Position numbers and translations under genes: made by a program. Of a stretch of 64,000 nt of DNA, positions 51,489-62,238 are shown in pieces. Each line of letters starts with the position of its first letter. Position 1 is the first letter of the stretch. The notes beneath the pieces are model-generated. The model had not been told where the DNA came from and searched no databases. It worked only from the letters and a program-made list of their open reading frames with translations. This DNA comes from an uncultured virus (IMG/VR IMGVR_UViG_3300033066_002331). Lineage: Duplodnaviria; Heunggongvirae; Uroviricota; Caudoviricetes. The stretch lies in the IMG/VR virus record IMGVR_UViG_3300033066_002331; one strand, written 5' to 3'.

Positions 51489-52034
51489 TCATAATATATT
51501 ATTTTTCTTTCTCCAAACTTGAGAACAATACTTAATTTGATGATGGCAATCATCTAAGGCATTATGAGCATTTCCAGCAAATTTTGTCATTCCTTTTTCA
51601 TGAGGCAAAAACATAGATATTGTTCTTACACATCTTTCCATCCAAAACTTCCAGGGAATATTCATTCCACAAACCTCATAGGCATCAGTTAATATCCCTA
51701 AATCAAATTTTGGGCCATTACCATAAACTTCACAATCAGAGCCACAATTTTGAACAAATGTCGAAAGCGCAAGCATTGCATCTCCTAAAGATAATGGATT
51801 TTCAGCAAGTGCTTTTCTTGCTTCATCACTTTGCTGCATCCACCACATAACTGTATCTCCATCAACTCTAAGGCCTTTTTCAATACAACTTTGTAAAGAA
51901 ACATTGACATAAAATTCTCTACCAGTTTCTCCAGTACTCATATTAAATTCTACTGCACCAATTGAAACAATAGCTGCTTTTGAGCCTCTGGCCATAGTCT
52001 CTATATCAATCATTATACTTCCAAATTTTTTCAT
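51489..52034 (-). CDS. DEDDh 3'-5' exonuclease (Rv2179c/DUF5051-like)
   Basis: MIDIETM, NGPKFD, HNALDDC. Confidence 0.85.
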   Translation of the reverse strand: MKKFGSIMIDIETMARGSKAAIVSIGAVEFNMSTGETGREFYVNVSLQSCIEKGLRVDGDTVMWWMQQSDEARKALAENPLSLGDAMLALSTFVQNCGSDCEVYGNGPKFDLGILTDAYEVCGMNIPWKFWMERCVRTISMFLPHEKGMTKFAGNAHNALDDCHHQIKYCSQVWRKKNNIL

Positions 52035-52510
52035 ACTAAGATTCTTTTATTTTAGTTATTAACTTATCAATATCTACTGCAACTACCTTTTTCTTTTCAA
52101 ATTCTAATGCTTTAAACCTTTTTTCAGATTCTATATCAAATAAATACCTAACATCTTGAGCATGCTCAAAAGGTATGATAAATTCATGTGAATGGGCATT
52201 ATCTTTTAAACTTTCATCTACTATTGTAATAATAAAATCTCTTGTAGTATTATAAGGCGATAAACAAGCCCATATAAATTCAGATTCAATAAATCTTGAT
52301 TGAGTTCCTAAGGAATAATTTAAATTTGACTTTTTATCTTTTATTAAAGCTATAAATAAATCAACAATCTTTTGTCTATCAATATCCAAAGGTTGTTTTT
52401 CAGTGTGAAAGTACTTAAGTTTAAATCTTTTCCATTTTATCTTTCTACGAACTGAGTTTTTTATAATCTTCTTAAACAACCATTTAAAAAAAGAAACATC
52501 TTTGTGCAAC

Positions 52511-54451
52511 CTATCCATTTTTAATAATTATTTTTAAATCTATTTGTCTTTTAGTTAAATTAACTCCTTCTACATAAACCGTTACTGTATCTCCAAGTGA
52601 AATTTGTTTTCCTGTATCAGAAATAAATTTATGATTTTTTTCATCAAGAGTAAAACCTTGACTTAAAATGTTTTCATTATTACACAAACCTTCACATCCA
52701 TTTTCTTTTATTTCTACAAACAAACCAAATTTACTTACACCTGAAACAACTCCTTCAAATTCTTGGTTTAATTTATTTTGCATAAATTCTACCTGTTTAA
52801 AACGAATTGAATCTCTTTCTGCCTTAGATGCTTTATTTTCCATAGTAGAACAATGTTCACATTGTGTTTGTAATAATGGAGCGGATAAAGTTTTATACTT
52901 TAATAGTTTAAATAATAATCTATGTAAAATAACATCTGGATAACGTCTTATAGGAGAAGTAAAGTGGCTATAATATTTAAACCCAAGACCATAATGTCCT
53001 AAAATTTGAGTTGTATAAATAGCTTTTGCCATTGACCTTACAGCAACTGTTTCTATAATATTTGAATAATTTGTTCCTTTAACTTCAGACAATAACTTAT
53101 TCATATTATTTTTGTTCTCTTCTTCATTATCAGACACATTGAAATCAAAGCCAAATTGTTTCACAAAAGCAGATAATTCTTGTAATCTTTCGAGTGTTGG
53201 AAGAGCATGTGTACGATAAATACAAGGATAACCCTGTTTACCTATAAAAGCAGCTACTGATTGATTAGCCAGCAACATAAATTCTTCAATTAATTTATTT
53301 GAATCTTTAGATTCTTTAAAATAAACACCAATAGGCTGTTTATCCTCATCTAATCTAAATCTAACTTCTTTTTTATCAAAAGATATAGCTCCATTATCAA
53401 AACGAATTTTACGAAATGCCTTAGCCATTTTATCCATAACAAGAACCGCTTCATCAAATGCATCAGAAACTTTAGAAACACCTTCAATAACTTCTTGTGC
53501 TTCTTCGTATGAATATCTCTTACCCGAACGAATTATTACTTTAGCATATCTTTCTTCTAAGATTTGAATTGGTTCTTTTTCTGAAAATTTTATTTTAAAA
53601 ATAGCAGAGAAAGCTAATTTGTCTTCATTTGGTCTAAGAGAACAAACTCCATTAGAAAGTCTCTCAGGAAGCATAGGAATAACTCTATCAACTAAATAAA
53701 TTGAAGTTGCTCTCTTATAAGCTTCTTTATCTAACTCTGAACCTGGAGTAACATAATGGCCAACATCAGCTATATGAACGCCTACTTCATAAGTATCTTC
53801 TTCTTCTAATTTTTTGAATGATAATGCATCATCAAAATCTTTTGCATCCTTTGGGTCAATTGTAAAAGTAATAGTATTTCTAAAATCTTCTCTTTTCTTA
53901 ATTTCAGATTCTGGGATTTCAAATTCTATTGCATCAGATTCGTTTGTTACCCTTACTGTAAAAGTAGAATCAATTTCATTTTCAAATAATATTGATTGAA
54001 TTTCTGCTGTATGTTCTCCAGCCTTACCAAAGATTTGTTTAACAATTCCAACAGGACTTGAAAAACCATCATTCCATCTTGAAATTTTAACTGATACTTT
54101 ATCTCCTGGTACTGCTTCTCCAAGATTTTCTTTTGGCAAGAAGAAGTCAATCGAAAATTTCTTAGAAGTAGTTTTTACAATACAATTTTCTGAATTACCT
54201 AATTGTTCAACAATTCCTACAAATTCTGTTTTAAATCTTTTCTTAATTCCAATTACTTGTCCTTCGTAATTCTTTTTATCTTCGTTAAATATAAGTTTAA
54301 CAAATACCGAATCTCCATTTAGTGCTTTTCCAGTTTTATTTTTTGGAATAAAAATATCTTGATTAATCCCCTTGCTTTCGGAAATTAAAAACGCATCACC
54401 CTTTCTCGTAAATTCTATCGTCCCTGATGAATTTTTTTTAATTCTTGTCAT
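52511..54451 (-). CDS. rnr: ribonuclease R
   Basis: TIDPKDAKDFDDA, VHIADV, IEEFMLLAN, HFTSPIRRYPD, C-terminal S1. Confidence 0.93.
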   Translation of the reverse strand: MTRIKKNSSGTIEFTRKGDAFLISESKGINQDIFIPKNKTGKALNGDSVFVKLIFNEDKKNYEGQVIGIKKRFKTEFVGIVEQLGNSENCIVKTTSKKFSIDFFLPKENLGEAVPGDKVSVKISRWNDGFSSPVGIVKQIFGKAGEHTAEIQSILFENEIDSTFTVRVTNESDAIEFEIPESEIKKREDFRNTITFTIDPKDAKDFDDALSFKKLEEEDTYEVGVHIADVGHYVTPGSELDKEAYKRATSIYLVDRVIPMLPERLSNGVCSLRPNEDKLAFSAIFKIKFSEKEPIQILEERYAKVIIRSGKRYSYEEAQEVIEGVSKVSDAFDEAVLVMDKMAKAFRKIRFDNGAISFDKKEVRFRLDEDKQPIGVYFKESKDSNKLIEEFMLLANQSVAAFIGKQGYPCIYRTHALPTLERLQELSAFVKQFGFDFNVSDNEEENKNNMNKLLSEVKGTNYSNIIETVAVRSMAKAIYTTQILGHYGLGFKYYSHFTSPIRRYPDVILHRLLFKLLKYKTLSAPLLQTQCEHCSTMENKASKAERDSIRFKQVEFMQNKLNQEFEGVVSGVSKFGLFVEIKENGCEGLCNNENILSQGFTLDEKNHKFISDTGKQISLGDTVTVYVEGVNLTKRQIDLKIIIKNG

Positions 54452-54949
54452 AATTTATTTTAAATCAATTTCAAATTTTTTTGCAATCATTTCTACTCCA
54501 AAGGTAGACAATTTATGCAAATTTCCAACTATTTTTTTATCTTTTTTTCTGTCTGTAAGAAATAAGCACCAGTTATCTTCCATAAGACAACCTTTCGACT
54601 TTTTGTATAAAGCATCATATTGAGCCTCTGTATCAATTAAATCATCTGAAAAAATATCAATTAAATAATTGGTACCAATTCTATCTTCTACTTTTTTTAT
54701 TTCGGCTGAAGTAAATGCTCCTCTATTCATTTTTTCTTCTTTTTTGTTCGTCCGTTAATATCTTGACCAAATTATAATACTCATACTCCAAAGCTTTATC
54801 AATCCATTTCTGCAGGAACTCCTCATTCCACTCTTCTAATTTTCTTAATGCTTTTGGATTATTTTCTCCTATTAATAGTACTTTCCTATTTAGAGCATCC
54901 CATTTCGCATTTAATTGTGCCTCAGATTGTATTCTTTTTATTTCATCAC

Positions 54950-56449
54950 TCATTTCAATTGTGATTTCAATTCTGCATAAAAAGCTAATGGCATCCCTTT
55001 AATTGGGAGTCCAGAGACTTGACCATCGCCAATTTCTAATATCATCCATGAACCATCTTCTTTTTCAGCTACATCAATTGTAAAAAAATTGCTATCAATT
55101 GTCTTAGCCATTTCATGCCACTCAACTACATTATGCCATGGAGCATTAGGTAATTTTTTATCTGATTCTACATTTAATTCATGATATAAGAAATCATGAT
55201 TTAAACAAAAGATTCTCCATTCATTTGTAGTTGTTCCATTTTTTGTTTCATACTTTTTAAGAGAAACAACTTCTTTAAAAACTATACCTTCATTAAATAG
55301 TTTACCACGAGCTTCAACAAATTGCTTTACCTTTAATCCAAATTCAGATTCAGATAAAGTTTTTGGTAAAATGAATAAATCAGGATTTCCTTTCTCTGAT
55401 TTAACATAATCTTTAATGATAACATCTGTTTCAAAGTAATCTCTAATAGATTGCCATTGAACATTCTCCCATTCTACTTCGTCTTTATTATATGAATTAT
55501 TTGTCCACCAAGTTTTAGAAGTATAGTCTTTAATATTAGCAAATGACTCAGGAATATGATGACAATTTAAATATTGCTTTATTCCATTAATTAAATTATA
55601 TCCCAAACTTGTTAAATGTTCATACAATCCATTATACTGTAATGAATTAAGCATCCAACTTCTTAAAATGATTTGCTTATTTGGCTCATGCTCTAAAACA
55701 CCTCTAAGATTTGTTTTAAATGTACCTGTTTTCACAAACTCATCATGGTCAAATAAAAAAACTTTAAATCCAGAAAGTTTCGCTGCTTCAAATTCACTAG
55801 CGAATGATGAATCAACTTCTTTTGGACTAAATGGTTCACTTGGAAAAAGAATAATCATTTCCTTAACTCTACCCCTTACAATTCCAAAATCCTTCTTACG
55901 AATTTTACACATTCTTCCATCTGTCTTATGATGAAAAACAATGCCCTCAATATCATTTTCAGTTTTTTCTAAAAATTCTTTAATAGCTTCATAAGTTAAT
56001 CCAGGTAACTCCAAAATTTCACTACCATGCTTAATAAACTTATGACCAATAACTTTTTCTACATTAAAATTTTGAGAAAATCTTTCTGTAGAGATAGTTT
56101 CACCACATAATTCATATGTGCCATCTTGCTTATCTTCTAAAGCGTCAAATGCCTCAAAGAAATATTTATCTTCAGGTTTATTTCTATCACATTTCAACCA
56201 ATGAGGATGATGTCCAGATTTTTCATCAGGCTCTTGACAAGGAATTGCACCTTCAGGAACTGTCTTTCCTTTTTTAACATCAAATCTTTTATATGGCTCA
56301 CCAGAAATAATAGCAGAAGCAATACCATCAAATTTTCTTGTTGCAATTGCTTCTCCGTTTATAACCCATTCATTTTCAGGATTTAATTCATTGAGAACTT
56401 TTCCTAAATCGTTTGGGTCTTTCTTAAAAAGTGTACTTATTTTTTTCAT
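54950..56449 (-). CDS. DUF5565/RLIG1-like RNA ligase fused to an ATP-grasp (DUF4343-like) domain
   Basis: ATRKFDG (KxDG), DIEGIVF, MCKIRK; then MIILFPSEPF...IIKDYVKSEK...NEWRIF...FFTIDVAE...EIGDGQVSG. Confidence 0.7.
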   Translation of the reverse strand: MKKISTLFKKDPNDLGKVLNELNPENEWVINGEAIATRKFDGIASAIISGEPYKRFDVKKGKTVPEGAIPCQEPDEKSGHHPHWLKCDRNKPEDKYFFEAFDALEDKQDGTYELCGETISTERFSQNFNVEKVIGHKFIKHGSEILELPGLTYEAIKEFLEKTENDIEGIVFHHKTDGRMCKIRKKDFGIVRGRVKEMIILFPSEPFSPKEVDSSFASEFEAAKLSGFKVFLFDHDEFVKTGTFKTNLRGVLEHEPNKQIILRSWMLNSLQYNGLYEHLTSLGYNLINGIKQYLNCHHIPESFANIKDYTSKTWWTNNSYNKDEVEWENVQWQSIRDYFETDVIIKDYVKSEKGNPDLFILPKTLSESEFGLKVKQFVEARGKLFNEGIVFKEVVSLKKYETKNGTTTNEWRIFCLNHDFLYHELNVESDKKLPNAPWHNVVEWHEMAKTIDSNFFTIDVAEKEDGSWMILEIGDGQVSGLPIKGMPLAFYAELKSQLK

Positions 56450-56480
56450 TACTAACTTATACGTAAAAAGTTGAATAAAG

Positions 56481-56972
56481 TTACTTAGAAGCGTCTAAAA
56501 AAAGTGTTGGGTCAAGCAAGCTCTCTGGTTGAGCTTCTTCAAGATTCCATATAACAGTCTCTCTAGTTCCAGTTTTATAAAGTTCTATGTGAAGCATTGT
56601 CATTGGAAGCCCCTTATCCTTTTTAAGGACAGTAACTACACGACCAAGTATTTTACCTGCCTTAATTTTTTCTCCTACCTTAAGAGAATCTAATGGCTTA
56701 ATTTCACCATATACAAATACCCCAGTTTTCCCCTCTACAAAAACAGCCTTTGTATTGTTCCACCAAGGACTTGGCGGAACTGCATTTTCTCCTGTAAATT
56801 CTTCAATTTTAACAACAACTCCATCTTCCATAGAAACGACAAGTTGGTCAGGGTCACAATAACAATCTACACCTGTATGAATATCATATTTTCGAACAGC
56901 TGCAAACATACCTTGATGAGATGTGTATTTATATTCGCCCATAAGGGGCCATTTATATTGTATAGTATTCAT
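56481..56972 (-). CDS. M23 family peptidase
   Basis: HTGVD and MLHIE motifs. Confidence 0.75.
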   Translation of the reverse strand: MNTIQYKWPLMGEYKYTSHQGMFAAVRKYDIHTGVDCYCDPDQLVVSMEDGVVVKIEEFTGENAVPPSPWWNNTKAVFVEGKTGVFVYGEIKPLDSLKVGEKIKAGKILGRVVTVLKKDKGLPMTMLHIELYKTGTRETVIWNLEEAQPESLLDPTLFLDASK

Positions 56973-57330
56973 ATTATTCGAACCAGCTAACCATCCATAA
57001 TAGAGGAAGCATGCCCCACATTACATCTGGTTGTTTTGTGAAATAAGAAGTTGCTCCAAGTGCTACAGTACCAAATACTATAGCAAAGGCCTTTGGCCAT
57101 TGATTATTTTGATTCTGAGCCATTTTTATTAGGTTTTAAAAAAAGTTTTACAATCATAAATCCTAAAAATATAATTACAGCATATGAAAATAAAAAGAAA
57201 TTTATTGCCGCAACTAATGCACATACCCACCAATGATTAACTGGTTCGCTTATTTTTAATCTCCAAAATAAACCTACGGTGATTGCCCATATAAGAGGAA
57301 TCCAAAATGAAATTACTGATACTACCATTT

Positions 57331-57630
57331 TTAATTGTTTTTAGTTATTGTTTTTTGTTTATAATTTATTGTAAAATTTGCATACCCTGAGGCATTTCTA
57401 TTTTTATTAATATATAATATATGTTTATTATCTTTAATGCCTAGTAAGCGTTTAAAGAAACTCTTTACGGAGTTTATGAACTTTCTAAAACGACTTGGTT
57501 TATTAATTGAGAAAATCACATCACACATTTTTGCCTTACCCATAGATTCTTGAAATGTTTGTATGGATGTTTCATCTATATTGTTCATAATTTTTTGCTG
57601 TGTTGCTGTAAACTTTATTTCGTTATTCAT
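57331..57630 (-). CDS. small protein resembling a DnaB-like helicase C-terminal fragment
   Basis: ESMGKAKMCDVIFSI...INKNRN. Confidence 0.4.
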   Translation of the reverse strand: MNNEIKFTATQQKIMNNIDETSIQTFQESMGKAKMCDVIFSINKPSRFRKFINSVKSFFKRLLGIKDNKHILYINKNRNASGYANFTINYKQKTITKNN

Positions 57631-58196
57631 ATCCTAAATTATCATGTTCTTCCAATACTAATTCATCCAAAGATACAATAAATTTCATTAACATTTTCAT
57701 TTCTTCATTATAAGCCGCAGACCTAATATGTGTAAATGGATTTATTAAATCTTCTCCATAATCTGCTAGATGTTCATTCATAGCATCTTCTGTTAAAAAG
57801 CAATTAATAAATTTAATTGTTTCATCCTCCTGTTTATCATAAATACAATACAAAGGAAATGATGTACCTTTAATGTTCTGTGTTTTCATAAGCACAGCCA
57901 TTTTTGTTAAGTACTGGTATAATTCTTCAGATATCTCTATTGTCTTCATGATTTTTTTCTTAGAAAAACCTCAAATTCATTAAATAAAAATTTTGAATCA
58001 GTCTCCTGGTCAAACATGTAACCTTCCTTTTCTTCTTTTAAAATTAAATCATGAGCTTCATCAATACAAATAGAACCTTCTTTTTTTATTAATTTTCTCA
58101 AATGATATTTTTGTCCAACAATTAAGTCAGAAACATTTTTAACTCTACTTAAAAATGGATATGTTTCTACTTTATTTCTTTTTCTATATGACATAA

Positions 58197-59378
58197 TTAT
58201 TTACCAGTTGGATTTGATTCATCGAATTCATTATTAATTACCCACAGAGATAATAAAACACTAATAATAAGAGTTAATATAAATGTTAAAACAATTTGCC
58301 ACTCTTTCGGTTCTACAGTAAGGTAATCAAAATCTTTAAATTCTTTACGCTTAAATTTTTGTTCAATTTCTAAACTTAAAAAATCAGCAATACTAGATAA
58401 ATTTAATTTACCCATTCTTTTAATATAATTTCTTGTTTCAATTTTAATATCTTGATTTTCAGTGAAAGAAAAAGGTTTACACCATTTAACATTCATTAAA
58501 TTATCAATACCAATACAAACAATAAATTCATTTTTATTGCCACCTTTCCAAAGACACTCTTGATAATAAGCAGCTTGTTCATCTAAATTTCTAAAAACTA
58601 GAACAAATAACTTTACTTGTTTTTTTGGACCAAGTTTAGCATTTATTATTTGAACTTTGTTTTCAGCAATTTTCTGTGTCGTATCTCCAAATCCAAGAAT
58701 TCCTTTTTGTTTATATCCTTCATAAATTTCAGGATATGAATAAAGTCTATATAATTTACTTTCTTCCTCTGTTACTTCTGGATAATTAAAAATATTATTT
58801 GAAGCCTGTACTCTATTTTCATAAGTATGCTTCGTTACATAGCATTCAATTTTATCATCTACTTTAGGGAAATAAGTTACATACCAATCTCCATCAATAG
58901 AGTGAAAATCTCTATGCTTATCTACAAAATTTTTATTACCCCACTTATTAACTAAACGTTGAAATTCTTGCTGAGAAACTCGTTCTGAATTATTAAATTC
59001 AGTAGCTATTTCCCAATACTCACTATGATAATCAACATCATATAAATGCTCATATCCATCATTAGAATGTCTATAACCACATTGATATTCCTTACCATCT
59101 TTATCTGTACAATATTGGGGGTGAGAACAAGGAATTTCATGTCTACACGAAACTTCTTCATCCCAAGGCTCAGAATATATAGCTTGAGTAATTTTTTCAC
59201 CCCAATACTCTGTATCTGTTGTCTGAGAAGTTTCAGACAAAATTTTCATTATTAAAATCAATAACGTTGGAACTGCAAATAGTATAATAAATTCCCACCA
59301 AATAGTTTTATGATTAAAGAAAATATATAATACAATTGCTGTTAATACAGGTATTAATAATGCGAACCAAATAATCAT
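58197..59378 (-). CDS. membrane protein (partner of the LemA-like gene)
   Basis: Two N-terminal and one C-terminal TM segments around a large soluble domain. Confidence 0.65.
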   Translation of the reverse strand: MIIWFALLIPVLTAIVLYIFFNHKTIWWEFIILFAVPTLLILIMKILSETSQTTDTEYWGEKITQAIYSEPWDEEVSCRHEIPCSHPQYCTDKDGKEYQCGYRHSNDGYEHLYDVDYHSEYWEIATEFNNSERVSQQEFQRLVNKWGNKNFVDKHRDFHSIDGDWYVTYFPKVDDKIECYVTKHTYENRVQASNNIFNYPEVTEEESKLYRLYSYPEIYEGYKQKGILGFGDTTQKIAENKVQIINAKLGPKKQVKLFVLVFRNLDEQAAYYQECLWKGGNKNEFIVCIGIDNLMNVKWCKPFSFTENQDIKIETRNYIKRMGKLNLSSIADFLSLEIEQKFKRKEFKDFDYLTVEPKEWQIVLTFILTLIISVLLSLWVINNEFDESNPTGK

Positions 59379-59434
59379 TATTTCTTATTTTAAATAAAAG
59401 AGCCTCAAATGAGACTCTTTCTAATTATTAATTA

Positions 59435-59986
59435 TTATTTTTTAGGAAATAAATCTATATCGTTATCTTCTCCTGTACGATATACTTCTTTGGTTTTTGA
59501 TGAAGTAACATAAGTTACTTGTAAGTGTGGTCTTCCGCCTACGAACCAAGAAGATGGCATTGTTTCTAAAAGATTATTATGTTCTTGCACAATACTAACC
59601 AATTTCTTTTGCTCAAGTTCAAAACCGTTACGTTTTGATTCAATTACATCTACTAGTTTATCATAAAGCTTAGTATCAAAATTAGGATTTGATTCTGTAA
59701 CCCATTTCATTAATAAATTTTCATCTTTATATCTACCTTCAATAAGAGGAATATAAATCTCTTTAAAAGACTCTTTATATTGTTCGCTAACTTGAGCAAC
59801 TTGTGCAATAGTTTTGAACATATTGTCAAAATTGTTTTTACACAATTGTTCTTGAGCACTTCCTTGATTTTTTAATCTAACTTCTGTATTGCTTGCAGAA
59901 GCATACATAAAGAAAATAATAACTGCTAAAAAAACTGCAGCAATTCCACCTATAATAAAGGGTTTTTTTGATTTTTGGTTTTCCAT
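59435..59986 (-). CDS. LemA-like membrane-anchored helical protein
   Basis: N-terminal TM, helical body, HNNLLETMPSSWF. Confidence 0.55.
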   Translation of the reverse strand: MENQKSKKPFIIGGIAAVFLAVIIFFMYASASNTEVRLKNQGSAQEQLCKNNFDNMFKTIAQVAQVSEQYKESFKEIYIPLIEGRYKDENLLMKWVTESNPNFDTKLYDKLVDVIESKRNGFELEQKKLVSIVQEHNNLLETMPSSWFVGGRPHLQVTYVTSSKTKEVYRTGEDNDIDLFPKK

Positions 59987-60035
59987 GTTCTTTTTATTTT
60001 TATACTCTTATACGTTGTTTTTTAAAAAAGGTTTA

Positions 60036-60545
60036 TCAAAGTAATAAAAAAAGTAAAAGAAGTCCACCAGCAGCAAAACCTAAGCGTAAAATATTTTCTG
60101 GATTTGAAAGCCATATCTTAACATGGTCATGTTCCTTAAGAAGTTCTATCAATTCTTTTTCCCACTCTTTTTTTTCAATCCATATACATTTAGTATTCGG
60201 TAAAAATTTTTCAATTAATTCTTTTTCTTGTATATCATCATCAATATGAATTATAGAATTAATTTTACCTAGAGTTTTATATTTCCATTCTCTATTTGTA
60301 AAAATAACCTTATCTTCTTCAATACCTAACTCTTTTGCAAGTTTAAGTACTTCAACATGTTCATTAGTAATACCTTGTCCTGAATACCCAGGCCCAAATC
60401 TTCTAGTAACAAAATAAACTTCATAACCACGTCTTAAAAGACGCATTACCCAATCTCGTATTATTTTTTTTTGTACATTTAAACTACCATCAAAGTGGTC
60501 TCCTATACAGCCATCGTAATCAAACGTTATAATTGAACTTATCAT
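60036..60545 (-). CDS. HAD-superfamily hydrolase with C-terminal TM anchor
   Basis: ITFDYDGCI, FVTRR, IHIDDD. Confidence 0.7.
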   Translation of the reverse strand: MISSIITFDYDGCIGDHFDGSLNVQKKIIRDWVMRLLRRGYEVYFVTRRFGPGYSGQGITNEHVEVLKLAKELGIEEDKVIFTNREWKYKTLGKINSIIHIDDDIQEKELIEKFLPNTKCIWIEKKEWEKELIELLKEHDHVKIWLSNPENILRLGFAAGGLLLLFLLL

Positions 60546-61212
60546 AAATTTTATATTTTCTATTTAACCTAATTTTATTTGTTGAATTTTCGTATAATAA
60601 ATTTAAAATTTTTTTTGTATCTCCAAAATAATGGGTTCTACATACATTCATAGCTTCGCTTGTTATATATATTGGATGTTTAGATATTTTAAATTTTTCT
60701 TCTAAAAAAGTTTGCAAAGAAATAAGTATTTCTTTAGTTGCAGTAAAACTCATTCTTAAATTTTTATTTTCTATACTTAAACTACCATCACCATCAAAAA
60801 GACCTCTTAAAAAAGACAAATAAAACTTTTCTTTTATTTTAGGAAATTCACATATATAACTTTTTTTATTTGTTATTCCTAAATTTATTAGATAAGACGT
60901 AAATTCTTTAGAATTAATCTGAATCATATATCTTATGTATGTTTTTTTTGTTCTTTTATCAAATTGACTTATTTTTGTTATTGGATGACTTGACTTTATT
61001 GATTTTTTAAATTTTACAATTAAATCTTTATCTTTAGATGATAAAGCTGTTTTATATCCGTCTTTTTGTATAGTACCATCTGATATTATAACTCCTAACC
61101 AATATGCCTTATCATATGAATTAATATTTTTAAAATATTCTAAATCTATATTATGACATTTAATTTGATTTCGTTTAAATGATTTACTTGAATTTATATT
61201 AATATTATTACG

Positions 61213-61848
61213 TTAGCACCAATACTACGGAAGTGCTTTGATATTAATTATCATATCTTTATTTTTTACAGCAAAAACAAATTCACCGACATATCCAGCA
61301 TCCTCACCAAAAATAGCATCACAACTATTTAATTCTACCAAAAAATTATTTGCTATTTCTTCACCCAACGCTTGTTGAAATAGTTTTATTTCTTCATTAT
61401 AATTAGAAGTAATTGCCATATCTCCAATAATGAATAATCCTTGCTGTTTATTAAATCTGTTTCCGTTTTTACCTGTTTTTTCTGTGTAAATCTTATTCCA
61501 TCTATCTAATTTTAAAATATTATAATTAGAAGTATCTAATGTAATTTTATAGCAATTATCGCCAAAATGTTTAGCATAATCAAAATTAACCGCTAAGTAA
61601 TCAAAACCACTTTTATTTTTATCATAAGTTCCATCAACACACTTATAAACTGTTGTTTTGCCGAAGTTTTTTACTTTTTCTATCATTTCTCTTATTTCCA
61701 TATCTATCTTTAGTTAAAAATAGTTCAAAATTAAAATTCATACAAAATAAACCGTACTGGTGCTAACAGCGTATATAAGAAATGGCACAGAAACATTCGT
61801 ACTTAATTTAAACATTCTACAAGTGCCACTTCTCATATACGCAAAACG
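61213..61848. mobile_element. attC-like (integron-type) gene cassette, 636 bp
   Basis: Left junction ACG|TTAGCACCAAT; right end TGGTGCTAAC-palindrome-GCAAAACG|; circularisation restores TGGTGCTAAC...GTTAGCACCA. Confidence 0.8.
61225..61701 (-). CDS. cassette-borne hypothetical protein (weak ADP-ribosyltransferase-like pattern)
   Basis: Single ORF filling the cassette; stop codon 12 nt from the junction. Confidence 0.6.
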   Translation of the reverse strand: MEIREMIEKVKNFGKTTVYKCVDGTYDKNKSGFDYLAVNFDYAKHFGDNCYKITLDTSNYNILKLDRWNKIYTEKTGKNGNRFNKQQGLFIIGDMAITSNYNEEIKLFQQALGEEIANNFLVELNSCDAIFGEDAGYVGEFVFAVKNKDMIINIKALP

Positions 61849-62238
61849 AACTAATAATCTTCTAATTGTTAAAGGTGCTGATTTATTTTCTTTTGCAATC
61901 TTATTAATAGATTTACCAGAAACATATTCTTGTATTATTTGTTTTTCATTTAAATCTTTCATACTTTTTTATTATAAATACAATAAAAAAAACAAAAGTT
62001 ATTACTTTTAAATCAATTGTTATAACATTAAATGACATTATTTATCATTTTAACATTCTTTGAGTTCCACAATTTTTACAAAAAGCGACTTTACTATTTT
62101 CATCTTCTTCTTTTTGTAAACCCATATTATCATTATAAAAGTTCCATACATGAGAAGTTAATTCACATTCATGTTTCTTTGCTTTAAATTGATTAGTAAA
62201 TTCTTTACCGTCATCCGTGATGTATGTTATAATTGTTT

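Larger units (their letters stand above)
60520..61962 (-). pseudogene. LAGLIDADG homing endonuclease gene interrupted by a cassette
   Basis: Removing 61213-61848 joins ...RRLLV|RNNININ... in frame, giving a 268-aa protein with AYWLGVIISDG and FLRGLFDGDG. Confidence 0.88.

Noticed and set aside
61738..61962. Independent 74-aa gene (and 60520-60927 as a separate gene)
   Set aside because: These are the two halves of one LAGLIDADG gene; the 74-aa ORF simply reads into the cassette palindrome
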